Assembly (NCBI GenBank): GCA_963749875.1 | Contig: CAVVOX010000002.1 | Coordinates: 1,615,372 to 1,655,371 of the forward strand | Source: an uncultured Alphaproteobacteria bacterium | Lineage (GTDB): Bacteria > Pseudomonadota > Alphaproteobacteria > Rhizobiales > Rhodomicrobiaceae | Length of the DNA stretch: 40,000 bases | Reading direction: 5' to 3' | Shown: in pieces, positions 8,951 through 19,300 of the stretch | How positions within the stretch are numbered: the first letter of the stretch is position 1 | How the letters are laid out: every line of letters starts with the position of its first letter | Translations under genes and position numbers: made by a program | Notes under the pieces: model-generated | The model's database searches: none | The model's input: the letters and a program-made list of their open reading frames with translations, nothing else | Told to the model about the DNA's origin: nothing

Positions 8951-9630
8951 GAGCCCGATCGCCCTATCCGCTTCTCAAGCAGCATCATCGAGAGGATCAC
9001 CGTGAACGCAAAGGCGAGCAGGCCTCCGGCGAGAATATGGGCCTTCGTCCATTCCAGCGTCTCGACATAGTCGTAGATCGCGACGGACAGGACCGTGGTT
9101 TCGCCCGGAATATTGCCGCCGATCATCAGCACGACGCCAAATTCGCCGACCGTGTGAGCAAAGCCCAGCACCGCACCGGTCAGCAAGCCCGGCCGGGCAA
9201 GCGGGACGGCGACGCTCCAGAAGCGGTCCAAGGGCGAGGCGCGCAAGGTTGCGGCGACTTCCAGCGGACGATCGCCGAAGGCTTCGAAAGCGTTGCGGAT
9301 CGGCTGCACGACAAATGGCATGGAGTAGATGACCGAGCCGATCACCAGCCCCTCGAATGTGAAGGCGAGCGAACGGTTGCCCGCAAAGCCGGCGAGCCAG
9401 CCACCGGGCCCTTCGGGTCCGAGAACGATCAGCAGATAGAAGCCGAGAACGGTTGGCGGCAAGACGAGCGGGAGCGCGACGATGGCGGCGACCGCTTCCT
9501 TCCATTTCGCAGTCGACCGTGCCAGCCACCAGGCAATCGGCGTTCCCACGATCAGGAGAATGATGGTGGTGGTGAACGCCAGCTTTAGTGTCAGCCAGAT
9601 CGGCGACCAGAGTTCGGCAAGTTCGGGCAT
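8947..9630 (-). CDS. modB: molybdate ABC transporter permease
   Basis: 227 aa polytopic permease sitting between modA and modC. Typical ModB/CysT-like sequence ([21 protein letters not shown]). Confidence 0.9.
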   Translation of the reverse strand: MPELAELWSPIWLTLKLAFTTTIILLIVGTPIAWWLARSTAKWKEAVAAIVALPLVLPPTVLGFYLLIVLGPEGPGGWLAGFAGNRSLAFTFEGLVIGSVIYSMPFVVQPIRNAFEAFGDRPLEVAATLRASPLDRFWSVAVPLARPGLLTGAVLGFAHTVGEFGVVLMIGGNIPGETTVLSVAIYDYVETLEWTKAHILAGGLLAFAFTVILSMMLLEKRIGRSGS

Positions 9631-9645
9631 GAGGAAGCCATGGGA

Positions 9646-10434
9646 CTAGTCGCCCGCGCCGTAGCCGAATTTTTTCTTAACGGCACGAGCCTCGGGGCTT
9701 TTCAGGAAACCGAAAAATGCGCGCGCCGCTTCATTCCCAGCGCCCTGTTTGAGAAGCACGGCGTCCTGCGCAATGATCGGATAAAGCCTTGCCGGCACGA
9801 TCCATCGAGAACCGCCCTCCTTGCCCGCAAGCTGGGAGAGCGCGACGAAGCCGAGCTCGGCATTGCCCGTCGCGACGAATTGGTAGGTCTGCGCAATGTT
9901 ATTGCCACGCACGATCTTGGCCGAAAGCTCATCGTAAACGCCGAGCGCTTTCATCGCCTCGACGGCGGCCGCTCCATAGGGGGCTGTAACCGGATTCGCG
10001 ATGGCGATCTTGGTGAAATCGCCGTTTCTCAGAGTCTGCTCGCCCTTCACCAGCTCTTCGTCCCCGCTGAAAAGCACGATCCGGCCGGTGGCGTAGGTGA
10101 AACGGCTGTCCGCTACAGCTAGGCCCTCATTGACGGCTTTTTCGGGCCGCTTCTGATCGGCGGCCAGAAACACCTCGAACGGGGCACCCTGAGTGATCTG
10201 CGTGTAGAGCTGACCCGTCGATCCGAAGCTGAAAATCGCCTTGTGCCCGGTTCGCTTTTCGAACAAGGCGCCGATTTCCCTGGCGGCCTCGGTGAAATTG
10301 GCGGCGACTGCGACATTCGTCTCGCCTGCCTGGAGGCTTCCCGTCGCGCCGAGCAAGCCGAGAATTACAATGGCGGCTGCAGCGAAGGGTCTGCCGCGGA
10401 AAAAACGCTGGCAGGCCGGCAAACGATCGGTCAT
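9646..10434 (-). CDS. modA: molybdate ABC transporter substrate-binding protein
   Basis: 262 aa with a signal peptide (AAAAIVILGLLGATGSLQA), SFGSTGQL and ANPVTAPYG motifs. First gene of modABC, with RBS GGAAGGAG upstream. Confidence 0.9.
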   Translation of the reverse strand: MTDRLPACQRFFRGRPFAAAAIVILGLLGATGSLQAGETNVAVAANFTEAAREIGALFEKRTGHKAIFSFGSTGQLYTQITQGAPFEVFLAADQKRPEKAVNEGLAVADSRFTYATGRIVLFSGDEELVKGEQTLRNGDFTKIAIANPVTAPYGAAAVEAMKALGVYDELSAKIVRGNNIAQTYQFVATGNAELGFVALSQLAGKEGGSRWIVPARLYPIIAQDAVLLKQGAGNEAARAFFGFLKSPEARAVKKKFGYGAGD

Positions 10435-10445
10435 CGCGCTCCTTC

Positions 10446-10473
10446 CTCGATGTATTCACTCGAATATAGCGAT
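10446..10473. promoter_or_regulatory. candidate ModE operator (Mo-box-like imperfect dyad) in the modA-dusA divergent intergenic region
   Basis: CTCGATGTATTC-N4-GAATATAGCGAT, with 9 of 12 positions self-complementary. The ATATAGCG half resembles the CGnTATAT-type ModE half-site. It sits immediately upstream of the modA RBS. Confidence 0.4.
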
Positions 10474-10568
10474 TGATACGCCCCGACGGCCGGCTACCGC
10501 AAGCTTTATTTTCAAATCGGCCGCACGCTGCTATTGATTTCGCCCATCTGCCGAACGAGCTTTTTCCT

Positions 10569-11576
10569 ATGCCGCAGAGAGTGGACCATAGATTTTGCGT
10601 CGCGCCGATGATGGAGTGGACGGACCGGCATTGCCGCTATTTCCACCGCCAGCTCACGCGCCATGCCTTGCTCTATACGGAGATGGTCACGGCGCCGGCC
10701 ATTATTCACGGCAAACGTGAAAAGCTCATTGGCTTCGATGCGGCGGAGCACCCGGTCGCGCTGCAGATCGGTGGAAGCGATCCGCGCGAACTTGCCGAAG
10801 CGGCCCGGATCGGTGAAGCGTTCGGCTATGACGAGATCAATCTCAATGTTGGCTGTCCCTCGGATCGCGTGCAGGCGGGGCGTTTCGGCGCCTGTTTGAT
10901 GGCGGAGCCGGCGCTCGTCGCCGAGTGCGTCGGCGCCACGCGCGAAGCGGTCCGGGTGCCGGTCACCGTCAAGTGCCGGATCGGCATCGACGAGCAGGAC
11001 AGCGAGGCCGATTTTGCCCATTTCATCGACAGAGTTGCTGCGGCGGGCTGCGAAACCTTCATCGTTCATGCCCGCAAGGCCTGGCTCGACGGCCTCAGTC
11101 CGAAGCAGAATCGCGACGTGCCGCCGCTCGATTGCGCCCGCGTATACCGGCTGAAAGCCGCGCGCCCGGATCTGACGATCGTCATCAATGGCGGGATCAG
11201 GACGCTTGCCGAGGCCGAACAGCACCTTGCGCATGTCGATGGCGTGATGCTGGGCCGCGCCGCATATCAGAGCCCTGGCCTTCTGACCGAGGTCGATTCG
11301 CGCTTTTTCGGGACGCCGCCGCAAAGCGCCCATCCTGCCGCGCCGATCCTGAGGATGATCCCCTATATCGAACGCCAGCTTGCCTCGGGAGAGCGGCTTT
11401 CGGCAATCACACGTCATATGATGGGGCTGGCCAATGGAATGCCGGGGGCCCGGGCTTTCCGGCGCCGGCTGACCGAGGGCGCGATCGTGCCGGGCGCCGG
11501 GGTCGCCGTCATCTTTGACGCGCTCCGCCAGCTTCGGCTCGAAGAGATGGCCGCTGTTCCAGTCGCGGCGGAATGA
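10569..11576 (+). CDS. dusA: tRNA-dihydrouridine(20/20a) synthase
   Basis: The inner ATG at 10569 gives MPQRVDHRFCVAPMMEWTDRHCRYFHR, a typical DusA N-terminus. Also has NLNVGCPSDRV and VTVKCRIG motifs. The 32 codons upstream in ORF 10473.. look non-coding. Confidence 0.9.
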   Translation: MPQRVDHRFCVAPMMEWTDRHCRYFHRQLTRHALLYTEMVTAPAIIHGKREKLIGFDAAEHPVALQIGGSDPRELAEAARIGEAFGYDEINLNVGCPSDRVQAGRFGACLMAEPALVAECVGATREAVRVPVTVKCRIGIDEQDSEADFAHFIDRVAAAGCETFIVHARKAWLDGLSPKQNRDVPPLDCARVYRLKAARPDLTIVINGGIRTLAEAEQHLAHVDGVMLGRAAYQSPGLLTEVDSRFFGTPPQSAHPAAPILRMIPYIERQLASGERLSAITRHMMGLANGMPGARAFRRRLTEGAIVPGAGVAVIFDALRQLRLEEMAAVPVAAE

Positions 11577-12164
11577 TCAGCGCTCCGCGGGAACAAGCCT
11601 GTCGACCAGCTTCGTGAGACTGAAAAACCGCGGCGTCGTCCTTTTATAGGCCTCATAGCTGTCGCCATAGGCGCGGGCCAGCCAGGGCTCTTGCGCGAAA
11701 GCCACCAAGACATAGACGCCGATGGCAAGCGTGGAGAGCGCCGCCGTCTCGAAGGTGGCGACCGCAATGGCGAAGCCAATGAAGCCCAGGATCGAGGCGA
11801 CATATTGCGGATTGCGGCTGTAGCGGTAAAGGCCCGACGTCACCAGCCCCTCATCCGCGCAATAGGTGTTCTCAAGGCCCAGATCGAAATAGCCGTATAT
11901 GGTGAGGACGAAACCGATCAAGGCGAGCGGCATGCCGATGATCGTTTCGGCGCCATAGCTGTGGGCCGCTGCAAACTGCCAGATGCCGAGCAATATTGTG
12001 AGGCTGAGCCCGCCCCGAAACAGCGTCCAGAAAGTATCGCTTTGCCAGCTCCCCTCCTTGGGTGTGGGCCAAAGCTCTACGACATCCGTGAAGGCAGTCA
12101 GTGCGAGGAGGATGTTAAGAACGGCCAGCGCTGCAAAGGCTGACCCGAAAATGGCCCAAGTCAT
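11577..12164 (-). CDS. membrane methyltransferase family protein (ICMT/PEMT-like)
   Basis: 195 aa, 4-5 TM segments, with GLYRYSRNPQYVASILG resembling the RHPxY motif of isoprenylcysteine carboxyl methyltransferase-like proteins. Its stop abuts the dusA stop. Confidence 0.55.
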   Translation of the reverse strand: MTWAIFGSAFAALAVLNILLALTAFTDVVELWPTPKEGSWQSDTFWTLFRGGLSLTILLGIWQFAAAHSYGAETIIGMPLALIGFVLTIYGYFDLGLENTYCADEGLVTSGLYRYSRNPQYVASILGFIGFAIAVATFETAALSTLAIGVYVLVAFAQEPWLARAYGDSYEAYKRTTPRFFSLTKLVDRLVPAER

Positions 12165-12260
12165 CGGTCAGTGCCCCCGGGTTCTTTTCGATCATCTTCA
12201 AGGCAGGTTGTAATCCTTTAACGCATTTCCGTCGAATCCGTTTATCGCGCATGGGCCGCG

Positions 12261-13232
12261 CTACTGGTGCTCGATAGCAGCAAAACGCTCGGCCGCTTCA
12301 ACGATTTCATGAACAATTCCCGGCTCGGTCATGGCGTGGCCGGCATCGGGAACGATCCGCAGATCGGCCTCGGGCCAGGCCCGCTTCAGGTCCCAGGCGT
12401 TGCGCGCCGGGGTTACAACATCGTACCGTCCATGCACGATCACGCCGGGAATGTGCCGGATCTTCTCCGCTCCGGCCAAAAGCTGGTCATCGCTTGTCAG
12501 GAAGCCCTTATTGAAGAAGTAGTGCGCCTCGATTTTCGCAAATGCGAGCGCGTAGCGATCTTGGCGGAACCTTCGCACCCGGTCGGGATCTTCCATCAGG
12601 GAGAGCGTTGTCCCCTCCCATGCGCTCCATGCGCGGGCGGCCTCAAGCTGGGTCTCCACAGGCCCTTCGGTCAAACGCCGATAATAGGCCGCGATCATGT
12701 CGCCGCGCTCCTCCGGCGGAATCACGGCCGCATAGTCGTTGAAGGCGTCGGGGAAGATCCAGCTGCAGCCGTCCTGATAGAACCATTCCACCTCGGCGCG
12801 ACGCAGAAGAAAGATGCCGCGCAGAATGAGCTCGGTCACACGCGCCGGGTGCGATTGTGCGTAGGCGAGCGACAGGGTCGATCCCCAGGAGCCGCCGCAA
12901 AGCTGCCATCGCTCAATGCCGAGATGGGCGCGCAAGGCCTCCATGTCCGACACCAGATGCCAGGTCGTGTTGTCCTGGAGCGATGCGTAAGGGGTCGAGC
13001 GTCCGCAGCCGCGCTGATCGAAGAGAATGACCCGGTACCGGGCGGGATCGTGATAGAGCCGCATGACCGGGTTGGTGCCGCCGCCGGGACCGCCATGGAC
13101 CATCACCACCGGTTTCCCCTCGGGGTTGCCGCATTCCTCGAAATAGATCGAATGCACCTCGGAAACCGCGAGAGTGCCGGTTCGATAAGGCTGGATGGCT
13201 GGGAAAAGACGCCTTCGGCTTTGCTCCTGCAT
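12261..13232 (-). CDS. pip: prolyl aminopeptidase (proline iminopeptidase)
   Basis: The inner ATG at 13232 (GGAG RBS upstream) gives MQEQSRRRLFPAIQPYRTG. Has HGGPGGG and the nucleophile elbow GGSWGSTL. The ORF-track N-terminal extension to 13397 overlaps the symporter gene. Confidence 0.9.
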   Translation of the reverse strand: MQEQSRRRLFPAIQPYRTGTLAVSEVHSIYFEECGNPEGKPVVMVHGGPGGGTNPVMRLYHDPARYRVILFDQRGCGRSTPYASLQDNTTWHLVSDMEALRAHLGIERWQLCGGSWGSTLSLAYAQSHPARVTELILRGIFLLRRAEVEWFYQDGCSWIFPDAFNDYAAVIPPEERGDMIAAYYRRLTEGPVETQLEAARAWSAWEGTTLSLMEDPDRVRRFRQDRYALAFAKIEAHYFFNKGFLTSDDQLLAGAEKIRHIPGVIVHGRYDVVTPARNAWDLKRAWPEADLRIVPDAGHAMTEPGIVHEIVEAAERFAAIEHQ

Positions 13233-13248
13233 GGCTCCGGCTCTTGCC

Positions 13249-15189
13249 TTATGGCTTTGGCGCCTTGCCCCGCGCGGCAAGCCGTGTGAGCCGCGCATGG
13301 ATCGTTTCCCCGCTCGGCACGCGCATTTCGTCGGCAATTTCCAGGATCGCCGAACTCGGTTTCGGCGACAGGGTGCTTCCCAGGATGGCCGCTCCAATAG
13401 AGACAGGAACGCCGATGACCCCCGCCGTCAAGCCATCGATGCCCAGCCACGGCACGCCGCCCCCTTCGGTCAAGACGATATAGGCCGCCGTCACGCCGAA
13501 GCCTGCGACCATCCCGGAGAGCGCGCCGAACCAGGTGAGACCGCGCCACCATATCGCCATGACGAGGGGCGCAAAAAAGCATCCCGCACAAAGCGACACC
13601 GCCCAGATCATCAGGCGCAGCGGATCGAGATCCCCCCGAACCGTGACCGAATAAGCGGCGATCGCGAAGACGATCATCGCGGCCCTGGCGACCAGGAGGC
13701 GCCTGGCGGGCGATGTGGACCGGTTGAACAGATAAAAGATGTCATTGCTGAACGCGGTCGCCAGCGAAACCAGCTGGCCGCCTGCGGCCGCCAGGACGGC
13801 TCCGAGCGCCGCCGCTCCCACAAGCCCGGTCATGACGAAAGGAAATTCGTTCAGAATCGGCAGGATCAGCGCGACGCTGTCGCGGTTGAACAGGACCTTC
13901 GCATCGCCGAGAGCCGGATCAAGCGGATTGGCCGAAAGCGAGATGAGGCCGAGCTGCGAGAGAAGATTGCCCCAATCGGGGATTTGCGCCGCCGGAACGC
14001 CCAGAAGCTGTTTCATCACCTGGAATTTCGTGAAGGCGGCATAGGCCGGGATCGTCAGCACGATCAGCCCGACGAACAAGGCGGCCCAACCGAAGGACTT
14101 GCGCACGCCCGAGACATTTGGCGGCGTGCTGAGGCGGGCGATCTGAGCGGGCAGAACCGCCGTGCCGAGCATGATGCACAGGGTCAGCGCAAGAAAGTCG
14201 CCGGGGCCGAGGGACTGGAAGATCGCCACGAACGGCCGGGTCAGCGCGACCGGATCCGCGCCTGGGAGCGCCGCGCCGAGCGGCCGCACTCCACCATCGA
14301 TGAGGCCGCGCCCGACCTCGAGCTGACTGGTTTCCTCAAGCACGCTGCCGAAGGAGAGCTGCGGGAGGGGAAGATTGGTCAGCAGAACCGAGATCGCAAT
14401 CAAAGGGACGCTAATGCCGAGTAAGAGAACGATGAACTGCGCGCACTGCGTCCAGGTAAGCGAACGCATGCCGCCGAGAATCACGCTCGCTGTCAGAAGG
14501 GCGACGCCGATCTGGAGCATGAGCTGGGAGTCGAAATTGAGGAATGTTGCGGCAATGAGCTGGCCGATGCGGAATTCGGCGGCGAGCAGCATCAGGACGG
14601 GCGGAAACAGCAAGAGCGCCGCGACCAATCTCAGAAGCGAACTGGAAAAGCGTATCCCCAAAAAGCCGGGGAGCGTATAGGCCCCGACCTTTCGGACATA
14701 AGGCGCCAGCAGGATCGTCGTCACGCCAAGTCCGGCGCACCAGCCCAGCAGAACCGGCAGCGCATCATAGCCGATGAAGAAGAAACAGCCGATGAGGCCG
14801 AGAAGGCCTGCGCCGCTCACCAGATTCGCGGACAGCGCAAAGCCATTATAGAGCGGCGGCACGCGTGCGCCGGAGATGAAGAAGTCCTCGACGCTGGTCG
14901 TGCGCACCAGGATGCCGATCGCCGCATAGAACAAAACCGGCAAGGCGATGATGAGCTGGCTGATCGTGTCCTGCGCGAGCCCGAGTTGCTCAAGAATGAT
15001 CAGCATGACAACGAGGCACGCAAAGGCGCTCGTGAAGATACTGAATCCGGTGCCGAGCCGGGGGGTGGACGTTGGATAGCTCGTATTCAGTGACATCGGT
15101 GTTTCCGAGCTGGCATACGTCCGGAGTCGGGACGCGCCACTCATTGAAAAGGACTTGCGTGACAGGCTAAAGCTCGCTGACCAGCCCAT
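13249..15189 (-). CDS. sodium:solute symporter (SSS) family transporter, large subunit of a DUF4212-type pair
   Basis: About 615-646 aa and polytopic throughout. Lies directly downstream of a DUF4212-like small membrane protein. The start is uncertain (15189, 15144 or 15096). Confidence 0.85.
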   Translation of the reverse strand: MGWSASFSLSRKSFSMSGASRLRTYASSETPMSLNTSYPTSTPRLGTGFSIFTSAFACLVVMLIILEQLGLAQDTISQLIIALPVLFYAAIGILVRTTSVEDFFISGARVPPLYNGFALSANLVSGAGLLGLIGCFFFIGYDALPVLLGWCAGLGVTTILLAPYVRKVGAYTLPGFLGIRFSSSLLRLVAALLLFPPVLMLLAAEFRIGQLIAATFLNFDSQLMLQIGVALLTASVILGGMRSLTWTQCAQFIVLLLGISVPLIAISVLLTNLPLPQLSFGSVLEETSQLEVGRGLIDGGVRPLGAALPGADPVALTRPFVAIFQSLGPGDFLALTLCIMLGTAVLPAQIARLSTPPNVSGVRKSFGWAALFVGLIVLTIPAYAAFTKFQVMKQLLGVPAAQIPDWGNLLSQLGLISLSANPLDPALGDAKVLFNRDSVALILPILNEFPFVMTGLVGAAALGAVLAAAGGQLVSLATAFSNDIFYLFNRSTSPARRLLVARAAMIVFAIAAYSVTVRGDLDPLRLMIWAVSLCAGCFFAPLVMAIWWRGLTWFGALSGMVAGFGVTAAYIVLTEGGGVPWLGIDGLTAGVIGVPVSIGAAILGSTLSPKPSSAILEIADEMRVPSGETIHARLTRLAARGKAPKP

Positions 15190-15427
15190 GCTGCCGGTCG
15201 AGATGATCCTGCCGCGCCGCCGCCCAGTAGATCACGGCGACCACACCCGCAACGGCGCCCTGCGTGGCGAGGAACAGCCCAAGCGGAAAGCGCAGAAAGG
15301 AGTAGCCGTTCAGCGCCGGCGCCGCAAGCGGCACGATGAGCACCAGAATGCCGAAAAGCGCCAGGGTTACCACGACGAGTTTCAGAGAACGCTTTGCGTG
15401 ACGGTGGCGCTGTTCCTCATCGATCAT
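15167..15427 (-). CDS. DUF4212-like small membrane protein (putative solute symporter small subunit)
   Basis: 86 aa, two TM segments, and FPLGLFLATQGAVAGVVAVIYWAA resembles the DUF4212 core. Adjacent to or overlapping the SSS gene. Confidence 0.7.
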   Translation of the reverse strand: MIDEEQRHRHAKRSLKLVVVTLALFGILVLIVPLAAPALNGYSFLRFPLGLFLATQGAVAGVVAVIYWAAARQDHLDRQHGLVSEL

Positions 15428-15633
15428 GTCGGTCTGTTCCTTCTCAGCCTATCGGCGAAGGCCCGAGCCAAGCCGCTGCTTGCCTTCGGGGCCGGACACA
15501 CTTAACACAGGGCACGGGCGTCTTATGGTAAAATAAAGGCAAAGCTTGGCCTTAGGCCGAAAAAGACGCTAATTTGTTATACAGAATTCAGTCTTAGATT
15601 CCGATGCGCGAAGACAAGCCCTGAAAAACCGCG

Positions 15634-16299
15634 ATGACTCAGCATCATATTGCCATCGTTGACGATCATCCGCTGTTCCGCGACGCGCTCAAACAGGTAC
15701 TTGCGACGAGTTTCGCCGATCTGCGGCTCAGCGAAGCGGGCTCATTGGAAGAGCTGAGCAAGATCCTGAACGAAGGCGATGTCGACCTGGTGCTGCTCGA
15801 CCTTAGCATGCCGGGGGTGCAAGGATATTCCGGCCTTCTTTATCTGCGCTCGCTCGACCCCGGCATTCCCGTCGTTGTCGTATCGGCCAATGAAAGCCCC
15901 TCGACGATCCGCCGCTGCCTCGATTTCGGCGCATCGGGTTTCATTCCCAAATCCTCGCCCGTCCCGACGATTCAGAAGGCGATTGCCGCCGTCCTGCAGG
16001 GGGAAATCTGGGCGCCAGCCGACGGCGACATGGATTTGGCCGATGCGCCCGACACGGCGGCTCTCGTCGAAAGGCTCTCGACGCTTACCCCGCAGCAGGT
16101 CCGTGTACTGATGATGCTGGGAGAAGGCCTGCTCAACAAGCAGATCGCCTATCAGCTCGGCGTGTCGGAGGCGACGGTCAAGGCCCATGTCTCGGCCATA
16201 TTGCAGAAGCTGCATGTCGAGAGCCGGACGCAGGCCGTGATTGCGGTGAAGAAGATCGAGAGCGGCGAGTTCGGCGATATCAAAGCGGACTCGCTCTGA
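15634..16299 (+). CDS. LuxR/FixJ(NarL)-family response regulator, CrbR-like
   Basis: Receiver domain (IVDDHPLF, VLLDLSMPG, KS) followed by a C-terminal LuxR HTH (LTPQQVRVLMMLGEGLLNKQIAYQLGVSEATVKAHV). Confidence 0.9.
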   Translation: MTQHHIAIVDDHPLFRDALKQVLATSFADLRLSEAGSLEELSKILNEGDVDLVLLDLSMPGVQGYSGLLYLRSLDPGIPVVVVSANESPSTIRRCLDFGASGFIPKSSPVPTIQKAIAAVLQGEIWAPADGDMDLADAPDTAALVERLSTLTPQQVRVLMMLGEGLLNKQIAYQLGVSEATVKAHVSAILQKLHVESRTQAVIAVKKIESGEFGDIKADSL

Positions 16300-16322
16300 C
16301 ATCCCATCCGATGGCGGGACGG

Positions 16323-19300
16323 CTATTCGGCCGCCGCACGGCGCAGATGCAACCGGCTCATCAGCGCCCGGAGCGCCGCCGGCTTGATCGGCTTGCGTAG
16401 CAGATAGAGTTGCTTGCCGCGCGCCTGCGCCTCGACATCGGGCGAACGATCCGCAGTAATAAGAATGGCGGGGACGGCGTAGCCCGCTTCGCGCCTGATC
16501 GTGTCGATGCAATCGATTCCGGTTTCTTCCTCCAGATGGTAATCGGCCAGAATCATGTCGGGCATCGCGGCCTCCTCCGCGATCAGCTGCAGCGCCTGCG
16601 CAAGACCGACGGCCTTCAGCACCCGGCATCGCCAGTTCTGAAGAAGCATGCCCATTCCATCCAGGATCGCCGGCTCATTGTCGATGCAGAGAACCGTGCA
16701 ACCCTCAAGGCTTCCCCACTGTCCCGGGCTCACAAAGGCCACACGCCGCTCGGCGCTTACCTGATCGGCAATCGGGACTATCAGACCGAAAACCGATCCC
16801 ACACCGGGCTTTGAGAACAGATGGATCGGATGGTCGAGCATACGGCTGATCCGCTCCACAATCGACAGGCCCAACCCGATTCCGTGAACGCTCGGCGCTC
16901 CGGAGTTCAGGCGGTGAAATTCCTTGAAGATCACCTCATGCTTGTCCGGCGGAATGCCGCTGCCAGTATCGTGGACCTCGATCCGCAAATCCCTGCCTCG
17001 GCGCCGGCAGCCGAGCAGCACCTTGCCTTTCTTGGTGTATTTGATGGCATTGGAGAGGAAATTCTGCAGAACCCGGCGCAGCAGCCGGCGGTCCGACTGC
17101 ACGGTCAGGCTGCAGGGCATCACGATGAGTTCAAGCCCTCTGCCTTCCGCCAGCGGCTCGAACTCGACCTTGAGCTGCTGCAGGAGCTCGCTGAGCGTAA
17201 ATGTCCCGATCTCAGGCTTGAGCGCGCCGGTATCGAGCCGCGAGATGTCGAGAAGCGCATTGAGAATCTCTTCCACGGCTTCCAGCGAGGCGTCGACATT
17301 GTTCGCCAAATGCTGAAGCTCCTCCGGCGCCTTCCGTTCGATAAGGCTTGTCGTATAGAGCCTCGCCGCATTCAGAGGCTGCAGAATGTCGTGGCTGGCG
17401 GCAGCGAGAAAGCGCGTCTTGTCCAGATTGGCCTCGTCCGCTTTGATCTTGGCTTCGGCAAGCGCCATGTTGACCTGCGTCAGCTCCGCCGTGCGTTCCC
17501 GGACCCGGCGCTCCAGCGTTTCATTGGCGCGCTCCAGCGCGTTCGCGGCGGCAACCCGGTCGGTAATATCGGTAAAGGTGGTCACGATACCGCCCTGCGG
17601 CATGGCGTTGGTGCGCACCTCGACCACCCGCCTGCCATCGTCGAGCCTCTCGTGAAAGGTCTCCAGAGTGACGATATATTTGCGCAACCGGTTCGACACG
17701 AAGCTCTCAAGGCGCGCCGGATCCTTCACCACCCGTCCGGCGAGATGGCGCACGACCTTATCGAGCGTGACGCCCACCCGGCCGAGGCTCTGAGGCAGCT
17801 TCAGCATTTCCCGGAATTCGCGATTCCAGCAAATCAGCTGCAGATTACGGTCGAACACCGCAATGCCCTGATGGACGTGGTCGATCGCCGATTGGAGCAG
17901 ATCGCGATTATATTGAATGGCTTCCGAGGCATCATCGAGAAGCTTCAGCGCCGATTTCATGCCGACATCGTGCCGTCTCAGCGTGAGCGACATGACGAGC
18001 CGCGAGGAGGCGGTGCCGATGGCGCTTGCGAGCAGATTCTCGGCAAAGCGCATCAGATGGATGTCCGCCTCGGCTTTCGGCGCCAGGTCCATGTTCCGGG
18101 TGGTCATATAGTCGGTGAAGGATCTCTCGGTACGCTCCTCGCCGAGATAGCGGCCGACGGTCTGCATGAGATCGCCGACCGTGACCGAGGTCCGCCACGC
18201 CCGGAATGAAGGCGCGGTTGAGCGGACGAAGTTCCTTTCGATGAAGATATTGGCCTGGAGCCGCTCGATCGGTTCCGGCGCGCGCAGCTTCGAAACCAGA
18301 ATGTAGGCGGCAACATTCGCCATCATGCTCCAGAGGACGCCGTGAGGAAGGGGGTCGAGTTCCAAGCCGAACAGCGCCTCGGGGCGCAGGAGCTGCAACC
18401 CGAAAAGCCCCTCCTGCATGATGTCTGAGGTCAGAATGCCGGCCTGGACGAAATAGGGGATCAGCAGCGTGTAGGCCCACATGCCGAATCCCGCCAAAAT
18501 GCCGGCCACCGCGCCGCGTGCGGTCGCGTTGCGCCAGATGAGGCCGCCGAAAAAGGCCGGCGCGAACTGTGCGATCGCCGCGAAGGATAAGAGCCCGATG
18601 CGCGCCAGGCCATAGGTGTCGCCGACAAGGTGATAGAACAGATAGGCGAGCAGCAAGATGGCGAAGATCGCAATCCGGCGGATGTGAAGCAGGAGCCCGC
18701 TCAGATCGCCCTGCTCGCCATCGGCCAGCTTGAAGCGATGCAAGATGACCGGAACCACCAGATCGTTACAAATCATGATGGAGAGAGCGACCAACTCCAC
18801 GATGACCATCGCCGTCGCCGCCGACAGGCCGCCCACAAAGGCGATGATCGTTAAAATCCCCCCGCCATTTGTGATCGGCAGCGCCAGCATATACATATCG
18901 GCATCGACGCTTCCGTCCCGGAAGGTGAGAAGGCCCGCAACGGCGATCGGAACGACGAAAATATTGATCGCAATCAGATAAAGCGGAAACAGCCAGGTCG
19001 CCCGCCCGATTTCGCGCTCGGAGTTGTTCTCCACGATGGTCACGTGAAACTGGCGTGTCAGCAGGAGAATACAGACTGCGCTGAGGAAGGTGACGGTTAT
19101 CCAATTCCCGCCATGAAAGCCCTTCGCAAAAAGGCCGATGATGTCGGGATGCTCGGCGGCCCTGTCCATCAGGGGACCGATCCCCCCGAACAGCCAATAG
19201 GTGATGAAGGTGCCGACGATCAGGAAGGCGGCAATTTTCACCACCGACTCCGTCGCAATCGCGAGCATCAGGCCTTCCTGGTGCTCGGTCGCATCGACAT

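Noticed and set aside
10435-10568. dusA 5' region examined as an integration hotspot for dusA-specific integrase islands.
   Set aside because: The dusA N-terminus looks intact, and the neighbouring genes are modABC, not an integrase or island cargo.
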